From Armatimonadota bacterium (lineage in GTDB: Bacteria; Armatimonadota; UBA10988), in assembly GCA_016235455.1 (NCBI GenBank), contig JACRKZ010000023.1, positions 1 to 55,624 on the forward strand: 55,624 nucleotides of DNA, in the 5' to 3' direction. The notes under the pieces were generated by a model. It made no database searches and was not told the origin of the DNA. It was given only the letters and a program-made list of their open reading frames with translations. The stretch's first letter is position 1. Every line of letters starts with the position of its first letter. This document shows, in pieces, positions 46,312 through 55,624 of the stretch. The translations under genes were made by a program, and so were the position numbers.

Positions 46312-47253
46312 CTAGAGCCGTGTCTGGCGCTGGAGCAGGCGATCCGGCGCGGCGGCGGCGGCCATGCCCTTGTAAGCCAGGTAGTGGGCGCGATCGACGC
46401 CGGCCGGCAGCTCGAGCGGGATATCCGCCATGGCGGGAGTGTCGAACAGCGGATGGTCGCGCGGGAAGTCGGGCATGGTGCAGCCCATGCACGGCACGCC
46501 GACCCGCGTCTTGCTGCTGCGGCGGTTCCAGAGCAGTTTGTTGCACGGGCCAAAGGCCAGCGGGCCCCGGCAGCCCAGATGGAAAAACATGCAGCCGCGC
46601 GTGCCAAAGTCCGCATCCTCCACGCGGTACTCGTGGTACTCGTTGCGGACGCAGCCCTGATGGACCAACATGCCGTACCAGGTGGCGGGGGCCTGATAGG
46701 GGCCCAGCGCCAGCTCCTCGCCCTGGCAGAGCGCGGCCAGCGTGCCGGCCAGCACTTGCGGATGCACCGGGCAGCCCGGCAGGTTGACCACCGGCCGACC
46801 GCTGCCGGAGCGGAACGCGGGACCCAGGAACCCGCCCTGTTCTTCGCGTACGAACTGCAGGCCGCTGGCCTCCACCTCGGCCTCGCCGGACGCCCCACCG
46901 AAGCTCGCGCAGGTGCCCGCGGCAACGACATGCCGAGCGCGGCGCGCCAGTTCGCCGATCAGGTCCTTCTTGGGTCGGCCGTCGAAGGTGTCGAACATGC
47001 CGGTCCCGCCAGGCCCGCGCAACACCGCGCCCTCGACCACGAGGATGTCCAGCGGCTGCTCGTTGGCAGCAATGGAGCCCAGCAAGGCGAGATGATCGCG
47101 CGCGCTCTGGTTCGACAGCGAAGGGTGCCAGAGCACCTCGATGTCGAGCAGGTCCAGCAACTCGACCACATCGGGCGATTCCAGGCACAGCCAAGCCATG
47201 CTGTCGCCGCCGCACGACCCACATTGCGCCCAGTAGAGCGTGGTAGCCACCAC
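46312..47253 (-). CDS. [NiFe]-hydrogenase small subunit, no Tat signal
   Basis: CGSCGGD, WHPSLS, VEGAV, GTCASFGG, NLPGCPVHP, HQGCVRNEY, GCMFFHLGCRG and CNKLLWN...GVPCMGC. Confidence 0.95.
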   Translation of the reverse strand: MVATTLYWAQCGSCGGDSMAWLCLESPDVVELLDLLDIEVLWHPSLSNQSARDHLALLGSIAANEQPLDILVVEGAVLRGPGGTGMFDTFDGRPKKDLIGELARRARHVVAAGTCASFGGASGEAEVEASGLQFVREEQGGFLGPAFRSGSGRPVVNLPGCPVHPQVLAGTLAALCQGEELALGPYQAPATWYGMLVHQGCVRNEYHEYRVEDADFGTRGCMFFHLGCRGPLAFGPCNKLLWNRRSSKTRVGVPCMGCTMPDFPRDHPLFDTPAMADIPLELPAGVDRAHYLAYKGMAAAAAPDRLLQRQTRL

Positions 47254-47423
47254 CGACCTCCTGCTTCACTTCGCCGTAAATGTACCCCTGTGTCCACTAA
47301 TGGTGCCACGGGCGTGTGAACCCAATGACACGACCGGCAAGTCCGTGCGCAGGACAGCCCATCGTTGCGCGAGGGGTTGGTACCGCACCGTCGCACGGAG
47401 TAGTATTCGGGGTGGAGGAAGCT

Positions 47424-50204
47424 ATGAGGAAGAGCACGCTCTGCCTTCTGGGGTGGGCCCTGGCCTGGGCAATGGGGCTGCCTGGGGCCGCTGAAGCCGC
47501 CAAACTCGCCGCGGCGCAGGACCACCTGATCGTCGATGCCGGCGCCATGGGCCGCTTCGACCTGGAATGGCCCAAGCTTAACCGCGGGGGCGACCAGCTT
47601 GCCAAGCCAATCGAGGTGACCCTCGGCGGAGGTGGCGCCACACTCAAATATGACGGCAATGTGACCTTGAGGGTCAACATCGACCCCGCCGGCGCCGCGA
47701 CCTACACCTTCGCGGCCAGGCCCGCCGGCGTGCAGAGCCTGCGCTTCGAGGGGCCCCTCGACTTCGGTCTGGCCAACGGTGGCAAGTGGCATGTCAACGT
47801 CGGCGCCGACAAGCCGTTCCCCGCAGCCAAGCCGGACAAGCCGTTCCTGTGCCAGGATCAGGCCGGGTCGCTGGCGATCACCGATGTCCAGGACCGCCGG
47901 ATCGTCTTCACGCTGCCGCCGTGGAGCTGGATGCAGCTCCAGGACAACCGCGAGTGGGGTTGGAAGACCTTCTGGTGGTTCTTCCAGACGCCCATCGGCG
48001 ACAACCTGTCCTACACCCTTCGCGTTGGCGAGTCCGGCTCCGGCGCGGTGGGCACCAAGGTGCTGGTGGACAAGTTCGGCCAGAACGCGCTGGCCGATTT
48101 CCCCGGCAAAGTGAAGAACGCGGACGAGCTCAAGACCGACCAGCAGGCCGAAGAGGCCTGGTCGGCCACGCTGCCCCGCGGCGACTTCGATGCCTTCGGC
48201 GGCCTCAACGCCAGCGGCGCCAAGCTGGGCCTGGTCAAGACCGGCTATTTCCATGTGGAGCAGAAGCAGGGCCGCTGGTATCTGGTCGATCCCGCCGGCA
48301 ACGCCTTTTTCCACCTCGGCCTGTGCGGGTTCCAGCCCAGCGATGACTACACCTATGTCGAAGGCCGGCAAAACATCTACGAGTGGCTGCCGGGCTACGA
48401 CGGCGAGTACCAGTCGGCCTACCGCCAGGGCGATCGCACCGCCTTCTCCTACTACGTGGCCAACGTCATCCGCAAGACGGGCAAGCCGTTCGACAAGAGC
48501 GCCTGGACCGCGTCCGCCATCGACCGCGTGCGGCGCTGGGGCTTCAACTCGGTGGGCGCGTTCACCGGTGCGCCGGGCGAAGTGCTGACCGCCAAGCAGT
48601 TCCCGTATGTCGCCAGCCTGCCGCTGGACCCGTGGGATGGGGGCATCCCGCGTATCCCCGGCATCAACGAGACCTGGGACCCGTATGACGATGCCAACCG
48701 CGCCCGCGTCGACCGCAACTTCGCCCAGAGCGTCGCGGCCCGTGCCACCGACCCGCTGTTGATCGGCTACTTCCTGATCAACGAGCCCGCCTACGAGGAC
48801 ATCCCCAAGGTTGTGCCGACGCTCGATGGCAAGCACGCCTGCAAGCGCGCCCTGGTGGCCATGCTCCGCGACCGCTACCAGACCATCGACAAGTTCAACG
48901 CGGCCTGGGAACTCAAGGCCGCGTCGTTCGACGACCTGGCGGGCCAAGGCCTGGCCGTGCGCACCGCAGCCGCCGCGGCCGACATGCAGACCTACTACGG
49001 CCTGTTCCTCGAGACCTACTTCAAGCTGGTGGCCGACACCTTCCACAAGTACGACAGCCACCATATGCTGCTGGGCAACCGCTACCAGTCGGGCACCATC
49101 AACAACGAGCAGCTCTGTCGCATCACGGGCAAGTACGTCGACGTCATGTCGTTCAACTACTACACGTACTACCTGGACAAGGACTTCCTGCAGCGCATCC
49201 ACACCTGGTGTGGCGGCAAGCCGATGATGCTCTCGGAGTTCCACTGGAGCTCGCCGCCCGATTCCGGCCTGCCCGGTGGCGCCAAGGACGTCGGCAGCCA
49301 GGAGGAGCGCGGCCTGGCCTATCGCAACTACACCGAGCAGGCCGCCTCGACCGGCTACGTCGTCGGCGTGGAGTGGTTCACGCTCATCGACCAGGCGCAG
49401 ACCGGCCGCTGGTTCTCAAAGTACAACGGCGAGAACGGCAATACCGGTGTGCTGAGCGTGGCCGACCGGCCCTGGAAGACCATGCTCGGCCATATGGTCA
49501 AGACCAACCTGGGCATCTACCCGGTCTATGAGGGCACGGCCAAGCCGTTCGTCTTCGACAACCCGCGCTTCTCGAACTCCGGCGCCACCCGCAAGGTGGC
49601 CAAGATTGCCCGCGCCACCGGCGCCATCAAGCTCGACGGCACCACCGCCGGCTGGCCCGGCATGCCGGCCGACCAGATCCCCGCGGGCCGGCTGGTCCAG
49701 GGCTCGTCGGCGGGCGGCGTGGAGGCGTCGTTCAAGCTGTGCTGGGACGAGCGGAACCTCTACCTGATGGCCAACGTGACCGACCCGACGCCACGCTTGA
49801 ACAGCCACCGGGGCGACAGCATCTGGAGCGCCGACGGGCTGGAGCTGTTCATCGGCTGGGAGAAGCTCGACCAGACCGGCGGGCTGCTCTTCACCGATCG
49901 GCAGGTGCTGCTCAGCGGCGGCGAGGTCGATGGTCAGCCGCAGTACTATCTGGCCAACTCGCCCAAGCAGGAACCGCTGACGCTGGTCTCGCTGCCCACC
50001 GCCGGCCGAGGCTACATCCTTGAAGCGGCTATCCCCTGGTCGTCGCTGGGCATCACGCCCAAGGTCAACCAGCAACTCCGCTTCGACCTCGGCGTCGACG
50101 ACAGCACCGACGGCAACAGCCGCCGCTGCCAACTCATGTGGAGCGGCACCGACCGCAACTCAGGCGATCGCGGCGCCTGGGGTACGGCCGTTCTGCTACC
50201 CTAG
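47424..50204 (+). CDS. GH50/beta-agarase-like clan GH-A hydrolase with C-terminal CBM9-like domain
   Basis: Signal peptide; VDKFGQ, TGYFHVEQKQGRWYLVDPAG, WGFNSVG, IGYFLINEP (acid/base) and KPMMLSEFH (nucleophile); CBM9-like WDERNLYL...DGLELF...YILEAAIPW. Confidence 0.8.
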   Translation: MRKSTLCLLGWALAWAMGLPGAAEAAKLAAAQDHLIVDAGAMGRFDLEWPKLNRGGDQLAKPIEVTLGGGGATLKYDGNVTLRVNIDPAGAATYTFAARPAGVQSLRFEGPLDFGLANGGKWHVNVGADKPFPAAKPDKPFLCQDQAGSLAITDVQDRRIVFTLPPWSWMQLQDNREWGWKTFWWFFQTPIGDNLSYTLRVGESGSGAVGTKVLVDKFGQNALADFPGKVKNADELKTDQQAEEAWSATLPRGDFDAFGGLNASGAKLGLVKTGYFHVEQKQGRWYLVDPAGNAFFHLGLCGFQPSDDYTYVEGRQNIYEWLPGYDGEYQSAYRQGDRTAFSYYVANVIRKTGKPFDKSAWTASAIDRVRRWGFNSVGAFTGAPGEVLTAKQFPYVASLPLDPWDGGIPRIPGINETWDPYDDANRARVDRNFAQSVAARATDPLLIGYFLINEPAYEDIPKVVPTLDGKHACKRALVAMLRDRYQTIDKFNAAWELKAASFDDLAGQGLAVRTAAAAADMQTYYGLFLETYFKLVADTFHKYDSHHMLLGNRYQSGTINNEQLCRITGKYVDVMSFNYYTYYLDKDFLQRIHTWCGGKPMMLSEFHWSSPPDSGLPGGAKDVGSQEERGLAYRNYTEQAASTGYVVGVEWFTLIDQAQTGRWFSKYNGENGNTGVLSVADRPWKTMLGHMVKTNLGIYPVYEGTAKPFVFDNPRFSNSGATRKVAKIARATGAIKLDGTTAGWPGMPADQIPAGRLVQGSSAGGVEASFKLCWDERNLYLMANVTDPTPRLNSHRGDSIWSADGLELFIGWEKLDQTGGLLFTDRQVLLSGGEVDGQPQYYLANSPKQEPLTLVSLPTAGRGYILEAAIPWSSLGITPKVNQQLRFDLGVDDSTDGNSRRCQLMWSGTDRNSGDRGAWGTAVLLP

Positions 50205-50223
50205 CGCTCAGCAACAGCGCCGC

Positions 50224-50261
50224 GCGATTGTAGTTCCGGCCCTGGGCGGAACTGCAATCGC
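50224..50261. terminator. 15-bp intergenic stem-loop
   Basis: GCGATTGTAGTTCCG...CGGAACTGCAATCGC with one G-U pair and no U tract; could be a terminator or a stabilising hairpin. Confidence 0.45.
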
Positions 50262-50277
50262 TGGCCCGGAGTCAGCC

Positions 50278-51615
50278 ATGCCCACCGTCTCCTTCTCCCG
50301 TGAACTCCCTCTGCGCCACGACGTCGATGTCTTCGTCGCCGGCGGTGGCCCGGCCGGCATCGCCGCCACACTGGCGGCCCGAGCCCAGGGCGCCAGCGTG
50401 CTGGTCATCGACGGGCACACTTGCTTTGGCGGCATGGGCACCGCCGCTCTCGTGCCCGCCTTCATGCAGTTCGGCGACGGGGTCAACTTCCTGGCGGACG
50501 GCATCGGCCGGCGCGTCTTCGACCTCATGTGGGCACGCAATGCCCACGGGCCAGACGACGACCGCGAGCGCAGCCAGTGGGGCTCGCTGGGCATCCGCGC
50601 CGAAGCGCTCAAGCGCATCTACGACGACCTGATCACCGAGTCGGGCGCGGCGTATGCGCTCGGCACCAACCTGGTCGGCGTCGAGACCGCCGGCCGCCGC
50701 ATCGACCATGTCGTCTGCTGGGGCAAGAGCGGCCTGTTCGCCGTGCGCGCCAAGGTCTATGTCGACGCCACGGGCGACGGCGACCTCTCGGCCTGGGCCG
50801 GCGCCTCCTATGAGCAGGGCGACGCCGACGGCGGCCTGATGCCCGGCACGCTGTGCAGCCTGTGGACCGACATCGACTGGGCCGCGGTGCGCGCCGACGG
50901 CCGCTACGCGCAGAACGTGATCCCCCAGGCGATCGCCGACGGCGTGATCGAGGTGGACGACCCGCATCTGCCCGGCATGTGGCGGCTCGGCGAGCACCTG
51001 GGCGGCGGCAACATCGGCCACACCTTCGGCGTGGACAACACCGACGAGCGCTCGGTGACCGAGGCGCTGATCTACGGGCGGCGCCTGCTCGGGCAGTACG
51101 AGCGGTTCTACAAGGAGTACCTGCGCGGCTACGAGCGCATGGAACTGGCCACCACCGGCTCGCTGCTCGGCGTGCGCGAGACCCGCCGCATTGTCGGCGA
51201 CTACCAGCTCTGCCTCGACGACTTCAACCAGCGCGCGGTGTTCGACGACGAGGTCGGCCGCTACAGCTATCCAGTGGACATCCACGCCACGCGGCCGTCC
51301 AAGGAGAACTTCGGCGCCTTCTGGGCCGAGTTCCACGCACTGCGCTACCAGCCCGGCGAGAGCTACGGCATCCCCTACCGCTGCCTGCTGCCACGCGACC
51401 TGGACAACGCCCTGGTGGCTGGTCGCTGCCTCAGCGCCGACCGCTTCCTGCAGGGGTCGGTGCGCGTCATGCCTGGCTGCTTCATCACCGGTCAGGCCGC
51501 CGGCGTCGCCGCGGCACTGGCCGTCGAGCAGGGCAGCGGCCCGCGCGACGTGGCCGTCGGAGCGCTACACCAGCGGCTCAAAGCGCTCGGCGCCTGGCTC
51601 CCGAACGCAGGCTGA
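50278..51615 (+). CDS. FAD-dependent oxidoreductase (FAD_oxidored family)
   Basis: VAGGGPAGIAA, FGGMGT, VDATGDGD, GVRETRRIVG, YGIPYRCLLP, VAGRCLS and TGQAAG. Confidence 0.92.
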   Translation: MPTVSFSRELPLRHDVDVFVAGGGPAGIAATLAARAQGASVLVIDGHTCFGGMGTAALVPAFMQFGDGVNFLADGIGRRVFDLMWARNAHGPDDDRERSQWGSLGIRAEALKRIYDDLITESGAAYALGTNLVGVETAGRRIDHVVCWGKSGLFAVRAKVYVDATGDGDLSAWAGASYEQGDADGGLMPGTLCSLWTDIDWAAVRADGRYAQNVIPQAIADGVIEVDDPHLPGMWRLGEHLGGGNIGHTFGVDNTDERSVTEALIYGRRLLGQYERFYKEYLRGYERMELATTGSLLGVRETRRIVGDYQLCLDDFNQRAVFDDEVGRYSYPVDIHATRPSKENFGAFWAEFHALRYQPGESYGIPYRCLLPRDLDNALVAGRCLSADRFLQGSVRVMPGCFITGQAAGVAAALAVEQGSGPRDVAVGALHQRLKALGAWLPNAG

Positions 51616-51619
51616 CGGG

Positions 51620-52645
51620 CTACCAGAGCGTTTCGCTGCGGACCGGACGATCGGGGTCATCGCGGTGCTGGGGCGCGGGCTGGTCCGTGTCGCGGCTTAA
51701 CCGCGTATGCATGATGCCCTGCGCATCGAACCACAGCGGATCGATGGCCACGTACCGATCCCAGTTGACCTTGTCGTCGCGCTTCTGGTGGTAGACCATC
51801 CACAGCCGCCCATCGGGCCCGGTGACCACGCAGTGGTGCCCCGGGCCGAAGATGCCGTCGCCGCGATGGGCAATGGGGTTGCCCGCATACTTGGTGAAGG
51901 GCCCCAGCGGCGAGGTGCTGGTCGCGTAGCCGATGCCGTAGTCAGGCCCGTCGGCGCCACTGCCGGAGTACATCAGGTGGTACACGCCGCCGTGTTTGAC
52001 GATGAACGGCCCCTCGGTCACATGCCCGTGCGCCTTCTCCCACGGCTCGCTCGGCTGGATGACCGTCCTCGGCTCGGTGGCCGGGGTCAGTGGGTCGGTC
52101 ATGCGCTGCACGACGATGCGGAAGCCGCCTGGCAGCACGACGTGGTAGAGATACAGTTGGCCGTCGTCGTCCTGGAAGAGGTGCGCGTCGATGGAGCCCG
52201 GCGCCAGCACCTTCTGGTCAACGAACGGTCCCAGGGGGCTGTCGCCACGCGCCACGCCGACCAGCTTGCCGCCGCCCGGCTGGTTGACCGTGTAGTACAG
52301 GTACCACTTGCCGTCGACGCGCCAGCGGAACATATCGGGTGCCCAGACCCCGCCGCGCGCGTCGACATAGCATTTCGGCCGCTGCTGCCAGTGCACGAGA
52401 TCATCGCTGACGAACACGTCATACCCGCGCCCGTCGGTGGTCGAGGTCAGGTAGTAGTGGCCATCGTCGAACACGACATGAGGGTCGGCCGCGCCGTGGT
52501 AGTCGAGCACCGGATTGCGGTACGTCGGCTGGGCGTCGGCCCCCAGCAAGGGCAGCAGCGTCAAGGCGAGGCATGCGGTGGTCATCATGCCGACGAGGAT
52601 TCGGTGTCGCTCGGTGCACTCCTGCCGCATCGCGCGGCGGCTCAT
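51620..52645 (-). CDS. GH43 glycoside hydrolase, secreted (alternative start 52588)
   Basis: YRNPVL, ADPHV, WAPD, SIDAHLFQDDDG, TEGP and GPGHH; hydrophobic signal TACLALTLLPLLGADA. Confidence 0.92.
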   Translation of the reverse strand: MSRRAMRQECTERHRILVGMMTTACLALTLLPLLGADAQPTYRNPVLDYHGAADPHVVFDDGHYYLTSTTDGRGYDVFVSDDLVHWQQRPKCYVDARGGVWAPDMFRWRVDGKWYLYYTVNQPGGGKLVGVARGDSPLGPFVDQKVLAPGSIDAHLFQDDDGQLYLYHVVLPGGFRIVVQRMTDPLTPATEPRTVIQPSEPWEKAHGHVTEGPFIVKHGGVYHLMYSGSGADGPDYGIGYATSTSPLGPFTKYAGNPIAHRGDGIFGPGHHCVVTGPDGRLWMVYHQKRDDKVNWDRYVAIDPLWFDAQGIMHTRLSRDTDQPAPQHRDDPDRPVRSETLW

Positions 52646-53805
52646 CACCCGCGCACCCGCTCGGCCGCCTGCATGGCATCGGCGCGCTGGCGGTAGGCGC
52701 GCGGCGTCAGGCCCTTGGCCCGGCGGAAGACCTTGGTGAAGTAGCTCTGGTCGGCGAAACCGCATTCCAGAGCCACCAGGCCCACCGGCTTGTCGGTCCG
52801 CGCCAGCAGTTCGGCGGCGTAGTCGACCCGCAGTTGCGTCACCAACTCGGTGAACGTCACGCCGAAGTGCCGCTTCACCTGCCGCGAGAAGTGCGCCGGC
52901 GACAGGCAGCCCACCTTCGCCACTTCGTCACGCGTCAGGTCCTCGGCGAAATGCTCGTGCAGGTAGGCCACCGCGTCGGCCAACGTGGCCGCGTCGTCGG
53001 TGCGGCGCGCGCTATGCACCGCGTCCATGGCCTGCTCGAGCATGTCGCGCAGCCAGTGGGCCAGGTGCTCCTCGTTACCGATGCCCGACAGCCGCCCGAG
53101 GCCGGCCATGTTGGCCTGCAGCAACTCGCGCGGCGCGCCGCCGGCCCACACCGCCGTGCGCGACACGGTCACCACCAGCTCGGCATAGAAGCTCTTGACC
53201 AGGTCGAACCGGTCTCCGGCCGTGGCATGAATGCCCACCAGCAGCTTATTGAGGATGTGCCGGGCAGCGCCGCGGTCGTTGCGCCGGATCGCCGCGGCCA
53301 GCAGCGGCTCCTCCAGCAGGTAGAGCTGGCGCAGGTTGTACTGCGGCGCGCTCTTGAGCGCATGAATGGCCTCGGCCCGCGTGCGTTCGCGTCCTTCGGC
53401 CACGCGGTGCGACTCCAGCAGCGCCGCGTTGGTCACGTTGGCGTGCTCGGCCATACGCCGCAGATCGGACGCGGCGCGGTTCAGGTTGAGCTGCGCCGCC
53501 GAGCTTGCCGGCACCTGCGATACCAGCCCGCCCAACACCGCCGCGTTGCGCATCAGCGGCACGGCCCACACCAGGCGGTCGTCGGTGGTCAGTGAGAAAG
53601 TCGGCTCGCCCCAGCGCAGCGACTCGCGGATGGCCTGGTCGCGTTCGGCACAGGCCGTGGGCGTGTCAGCCGCCACGCTGCGCAGTCCGCGCCAGACGAT
53701 CATGCCATCAGGCCGACAGGCCACCAACTCGAGGTCGTAAGCACTCCGGTACACCGCCGCCACGCGGTCGAACACGCGCTGCTCGATGCCAAGATCGTCT
53801 GCCAT
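52645..53805 (-). CDS. AraC-family regulator with PocR-like N-terminal sensor domain
   Basis: C-terminal LSPAHFSR...VALECGFADQSYFTKVFRRAKGLTPRAYR; N-terminal ESLRWGEP...WAVPL...GGL. Confidence 0.9.
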   Translation of the reverse strand: MADDLGIEQRVFDRVAAVYRSAYDLELVACRPDGMIVWRGLRSVAADTPTACAERDQAIRESLRWGEPTFSLTTDDRLVWAVPLMRNAAVLGGLVSQVPASSAAQLNLNRAASDLRRMAEHANVTNAALLESHRVAEGRERTRAEAIHALKSAPQYNLRQLYLLEEPLLAAAIRRNDRGAARHILNKLLVGIHATAGDRFDLVKSFYAELVVTVSRTAVWAGGAPRELLQANMAGLGRLSGIGNEEHLAHWLRDMLEQAMDAVHSARRTDDAATLADAVAYLHEHFAEDLTRDEVAKVGCLSPAHFSRQVKRHFGVTFTELVTQLRVDYAAELLARTDKPVGLVALECGFADQSYFTKVFRRAKGLTPRAYRQRADAMQAAERVRG

Positions 53806-54047
53806 GCTGCTCAGCGCTCCACTGAGCACGAGATTACCAAACATGGGCATGGGAATGCAAGCGCCGCTGCAGCGCTCCGCACTATGCTGTCGTTGTTGGC
53901 TCGGTGGCGACTGCGACCACACTCAACGCTCGTCGCCTGGCCAGCGCTGGTCCCTTCAGGAGCGCGGACGTCCACGGTGCGCCGGTCATCTCGCACGTCC
54001 ACGTCCGCGCTCCTCAGTGGGACGCCGCCGACTTCCACGCGCAGCCG

Positions 54048-54737
54048 CTAGAACCGGACCAGGGCCCTTGACCTGGCACGGCCCGACGGCTCATCCCACC
54101 AGGGGGCATTACGCCAGACAGGGTTCTTTGCGCGCGGGTATCCGCGCCACTCATCCACGACGACCACGACCCACCGGGGGTCGACGCCCAGCCGGTGGAG
54201 CTCATCGCTCGATGCGTCCGCCAGACGACTGAGTTCAGGCACGGCCAGGCGTCTGGCCTCGCGCTCCAGCGCCTCGGCGTTCACGGCCAGGCGCGCGTCG
54301 GTCAGCGTGCACACCGCTTCGTAAGTGAGCAGCCGGTTGCTGTCGCGGCTGAGGCTGATGCGGCGGGGCCTCGTCGGGAGCGCGCCGAACGCGAGGCGCA
54401 GCGCTCGTTCGCCGACCCAGTCGCTGTTGGCCGTCGCGTACCTGGCATCAACCGAGTCGTCATCGCCGCGATCCGGCCATCGCGCGGTGAATTCGAAGCC
54501 CTTGAGCGCACGCTCGAGGCCACGCCCAGCACCTGCCACGAGCTTGGCAAGGTCGCTCCTGGACAGCCGCACCCAGCGCGCCACTGGCTGTTGGACGCTC
54601 ACCAGCCCGGCCCTGGCAAGAATGGCCAGAGAGTCGTACTCCCAGTGGCCCGCTGGCACATCGGTGAGGTAGCCGGCCGCGGACGGCCGCGCCAGGGCGG
54701 TTACGACAGCGGTGAGGATCAGCAGCCCGCGACCCAT
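54048..54737 (-). CDS. SLH-like secreted protein (divergent)
   Basis: Signal peptide; LTDVPAGHWEYDSLAILARAGLV; ELHRLGVD. Confidence 0.65.
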   Translation of the reverse strand: MGRGLLILTAVVTALARPSAAGYLTDVPAGHWEYDSLAILARAGLVSVQQPVARWVRLSRSDLAKLVAGAGRGLERALKGFEFTARWPDRGDDDSVDARYATANSDWVGERALRLAFGALPTRPRRISLSRDSNRLLTYEAVCTLTDARLAVNAEALEREARRLAVPELSRLADASSDELHRLGVDPRWVVVVVDEWRGYPRAKNPVWRNAPWWDEPSGRARSRALVRF

Positions 54738-54770
54738 GCTCTGCCCCCTCGGACGGCCCCGCCGCCCATG

Positions 54771-55442
54771 TCACCGCACACCATCACCCAGGTCCGCCAC
54801 GGCTGCCTTGCCGCCAGCCAACGTATCGGCGACCGCCTTGGCAGCCTCGGCCTGCCGCCCAAACAGCTTCCACAGCGCCGCGACATCCTCCTCCAGCGCC
54901 TTGGTGCGGGGCCGCAACGCCGCGGCAGCACCGGCCAGGCGATCGATGCCGGCCGTCAACGCGGCCATGTCGCTCTCGTGCCGCGCCGCCAGGTCGTTGA
55001 GGGCGCCGCAGGCCGTGGTGAAGCCCGTGGCCTCGCCATTCACCTTGCCGGTCATCCTGGCGTCGACGAACGGCAGGCGGCCAGTCAGCTGGACCAGGTC
55101 GGCGTCGTGCCGAGCCAGCAGCGCCAGGATGTGGAGCCGCTCGGTCTCCTGCCGCTCCGTCACCCGCGCAATCGCCGTCGGATAGCCGCCCAGGGCCGCC
55201 CACATGGCGCTGGTCGCCGCGGGCCTGAACTGCATGATGGCCAAGGCGAACTCGTCGCGGCTCAAGGGCTGCGGGCCGCGGAACGTGCCGTCCGCGTAGC
55301 CTTGGACAGCCTCTAGGCTGGCCATCTTCTCGACCGCGTTGTAGAACCAGCCGCACCAGGGCACGTCGGCGAAGACGCCCGCCGTCGCCGCGCGCGACAG
55401 CGCCACCGCGAGCACCACTGCCAGCCTCAAGCGTCGTGCCAT
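54771..55442 (-). CDS. SLH-domain plus coiled-coil secreted protein
   Basis: Signal peptide; FADVP..WFYNAVEKMA...QGYADGTFRGPQPLSRDEFA; heptad-rich tail. Confidence 0.85.
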   Translation of the reverse strand: MARRLRLAVVLAVALSRAATAGVFADVPWCGWFYNAVEKMASLEAVQGYADGTFRGPQPLSRDEFALAIMQFRPAATSAMWAALGGYPTAIARVTERQETERLHILALLARHDADLVQLTGRLPFVDARMTGKVNGEATGFTTACGALNDLAARHESDMAALTAGIDRLAGAAAALRPRTKALEEDVAALWKLFGRQAEAAKAVADTLAGGKAAVADLGDGVR

Positions 55443-55466
55443 CAGAGGGCTCCTTCGCCAGAGAGT

Positions 55467-55624
55467 CTACTTCCCAGCGTGCCCCCCCGTCGACAGCGGG
55501 GCGGCGCTGATCGTGTCTCTGCCAGCGGTCGGGCGGCGAGTCACCGCCGCCACGCGCAGCCGCAGCGCCAGCGCGCACGCCTCTTGAGAAGCGGCCTCGA
55601 CACCCAGCTGGCGCAGCTCGGCCC
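55467..55624 (-). CDS. 3' end of a probable third SLH-family paralog (cut by the window edge)
   Basis: Frame reads AELRQLGVEAASQ...GK*, similar to ELHRLGVD in 54048..54737. Confidence 0.4.
   Translation of the reverse strand, partial: AELRQLGVEAASQEACALALRLRVAAVTRRPTAGRDTISAAPLSTGGHAGK

Noticed and set aside
46302-46931. 210-aa extension of the hydrogenase large subunit (724-aa ORF)
   Set aside because: Overlaps the small subunit out of frame; the conserved start is MAHVVQ...NRVEGD at 46301.

Overview
A high-GC (roughly 70% by eye) bacterial window with no mobile element, CRISPR array or rRNA. DUF1559 pseudopilins, SLH proteins and a FlgD-Ig-tailed giant surface protein suggest Armatimonadota (inference). 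Left to right: a DUF5703 glycosidase-like gene with an F5/8-C domain (frameshifted); ileS preceded by a complete Ile(AUC) T-box riboswitch; a frameshifted PAS hybrid kinase; a YfcE-like phosphoesterase and yjbQ; a 3907-aa beta-helix/Ig surface protein with an upstream lipoprotein; a ~2000-aa secreted lectin-like protein; a tRNA-Gln, half-glmU, rplY, pth cluster without prs; a GH2-like enzyme divergent from two tandem DUF1559 pseudopilins; a CHASE2 adenylate cyclase plus FecR protein; a six-gene DUF6754 membrane operon of unknown function; a cytoplasmic group 2c-like [NiFe]-hydrogenase operon (small subunit, large subunit, protease) coupled to a sensor-less hybrid histidine kinase; a GH50-like enzyme, FAD oxidoreductase, GH43 and AraC regulator; and three SLH-family genes. 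The best candidates for an undescribed system are the hydrogenase-kinase H2-sensing operon and the DUF6754 membrane complex. Three clean internal deletions in the first 6.3 kb, one removing the IleRS editing motif, are probably assembly artefacts and need read-level checks. All family calls come from motif recognition by eye; no searches were run.
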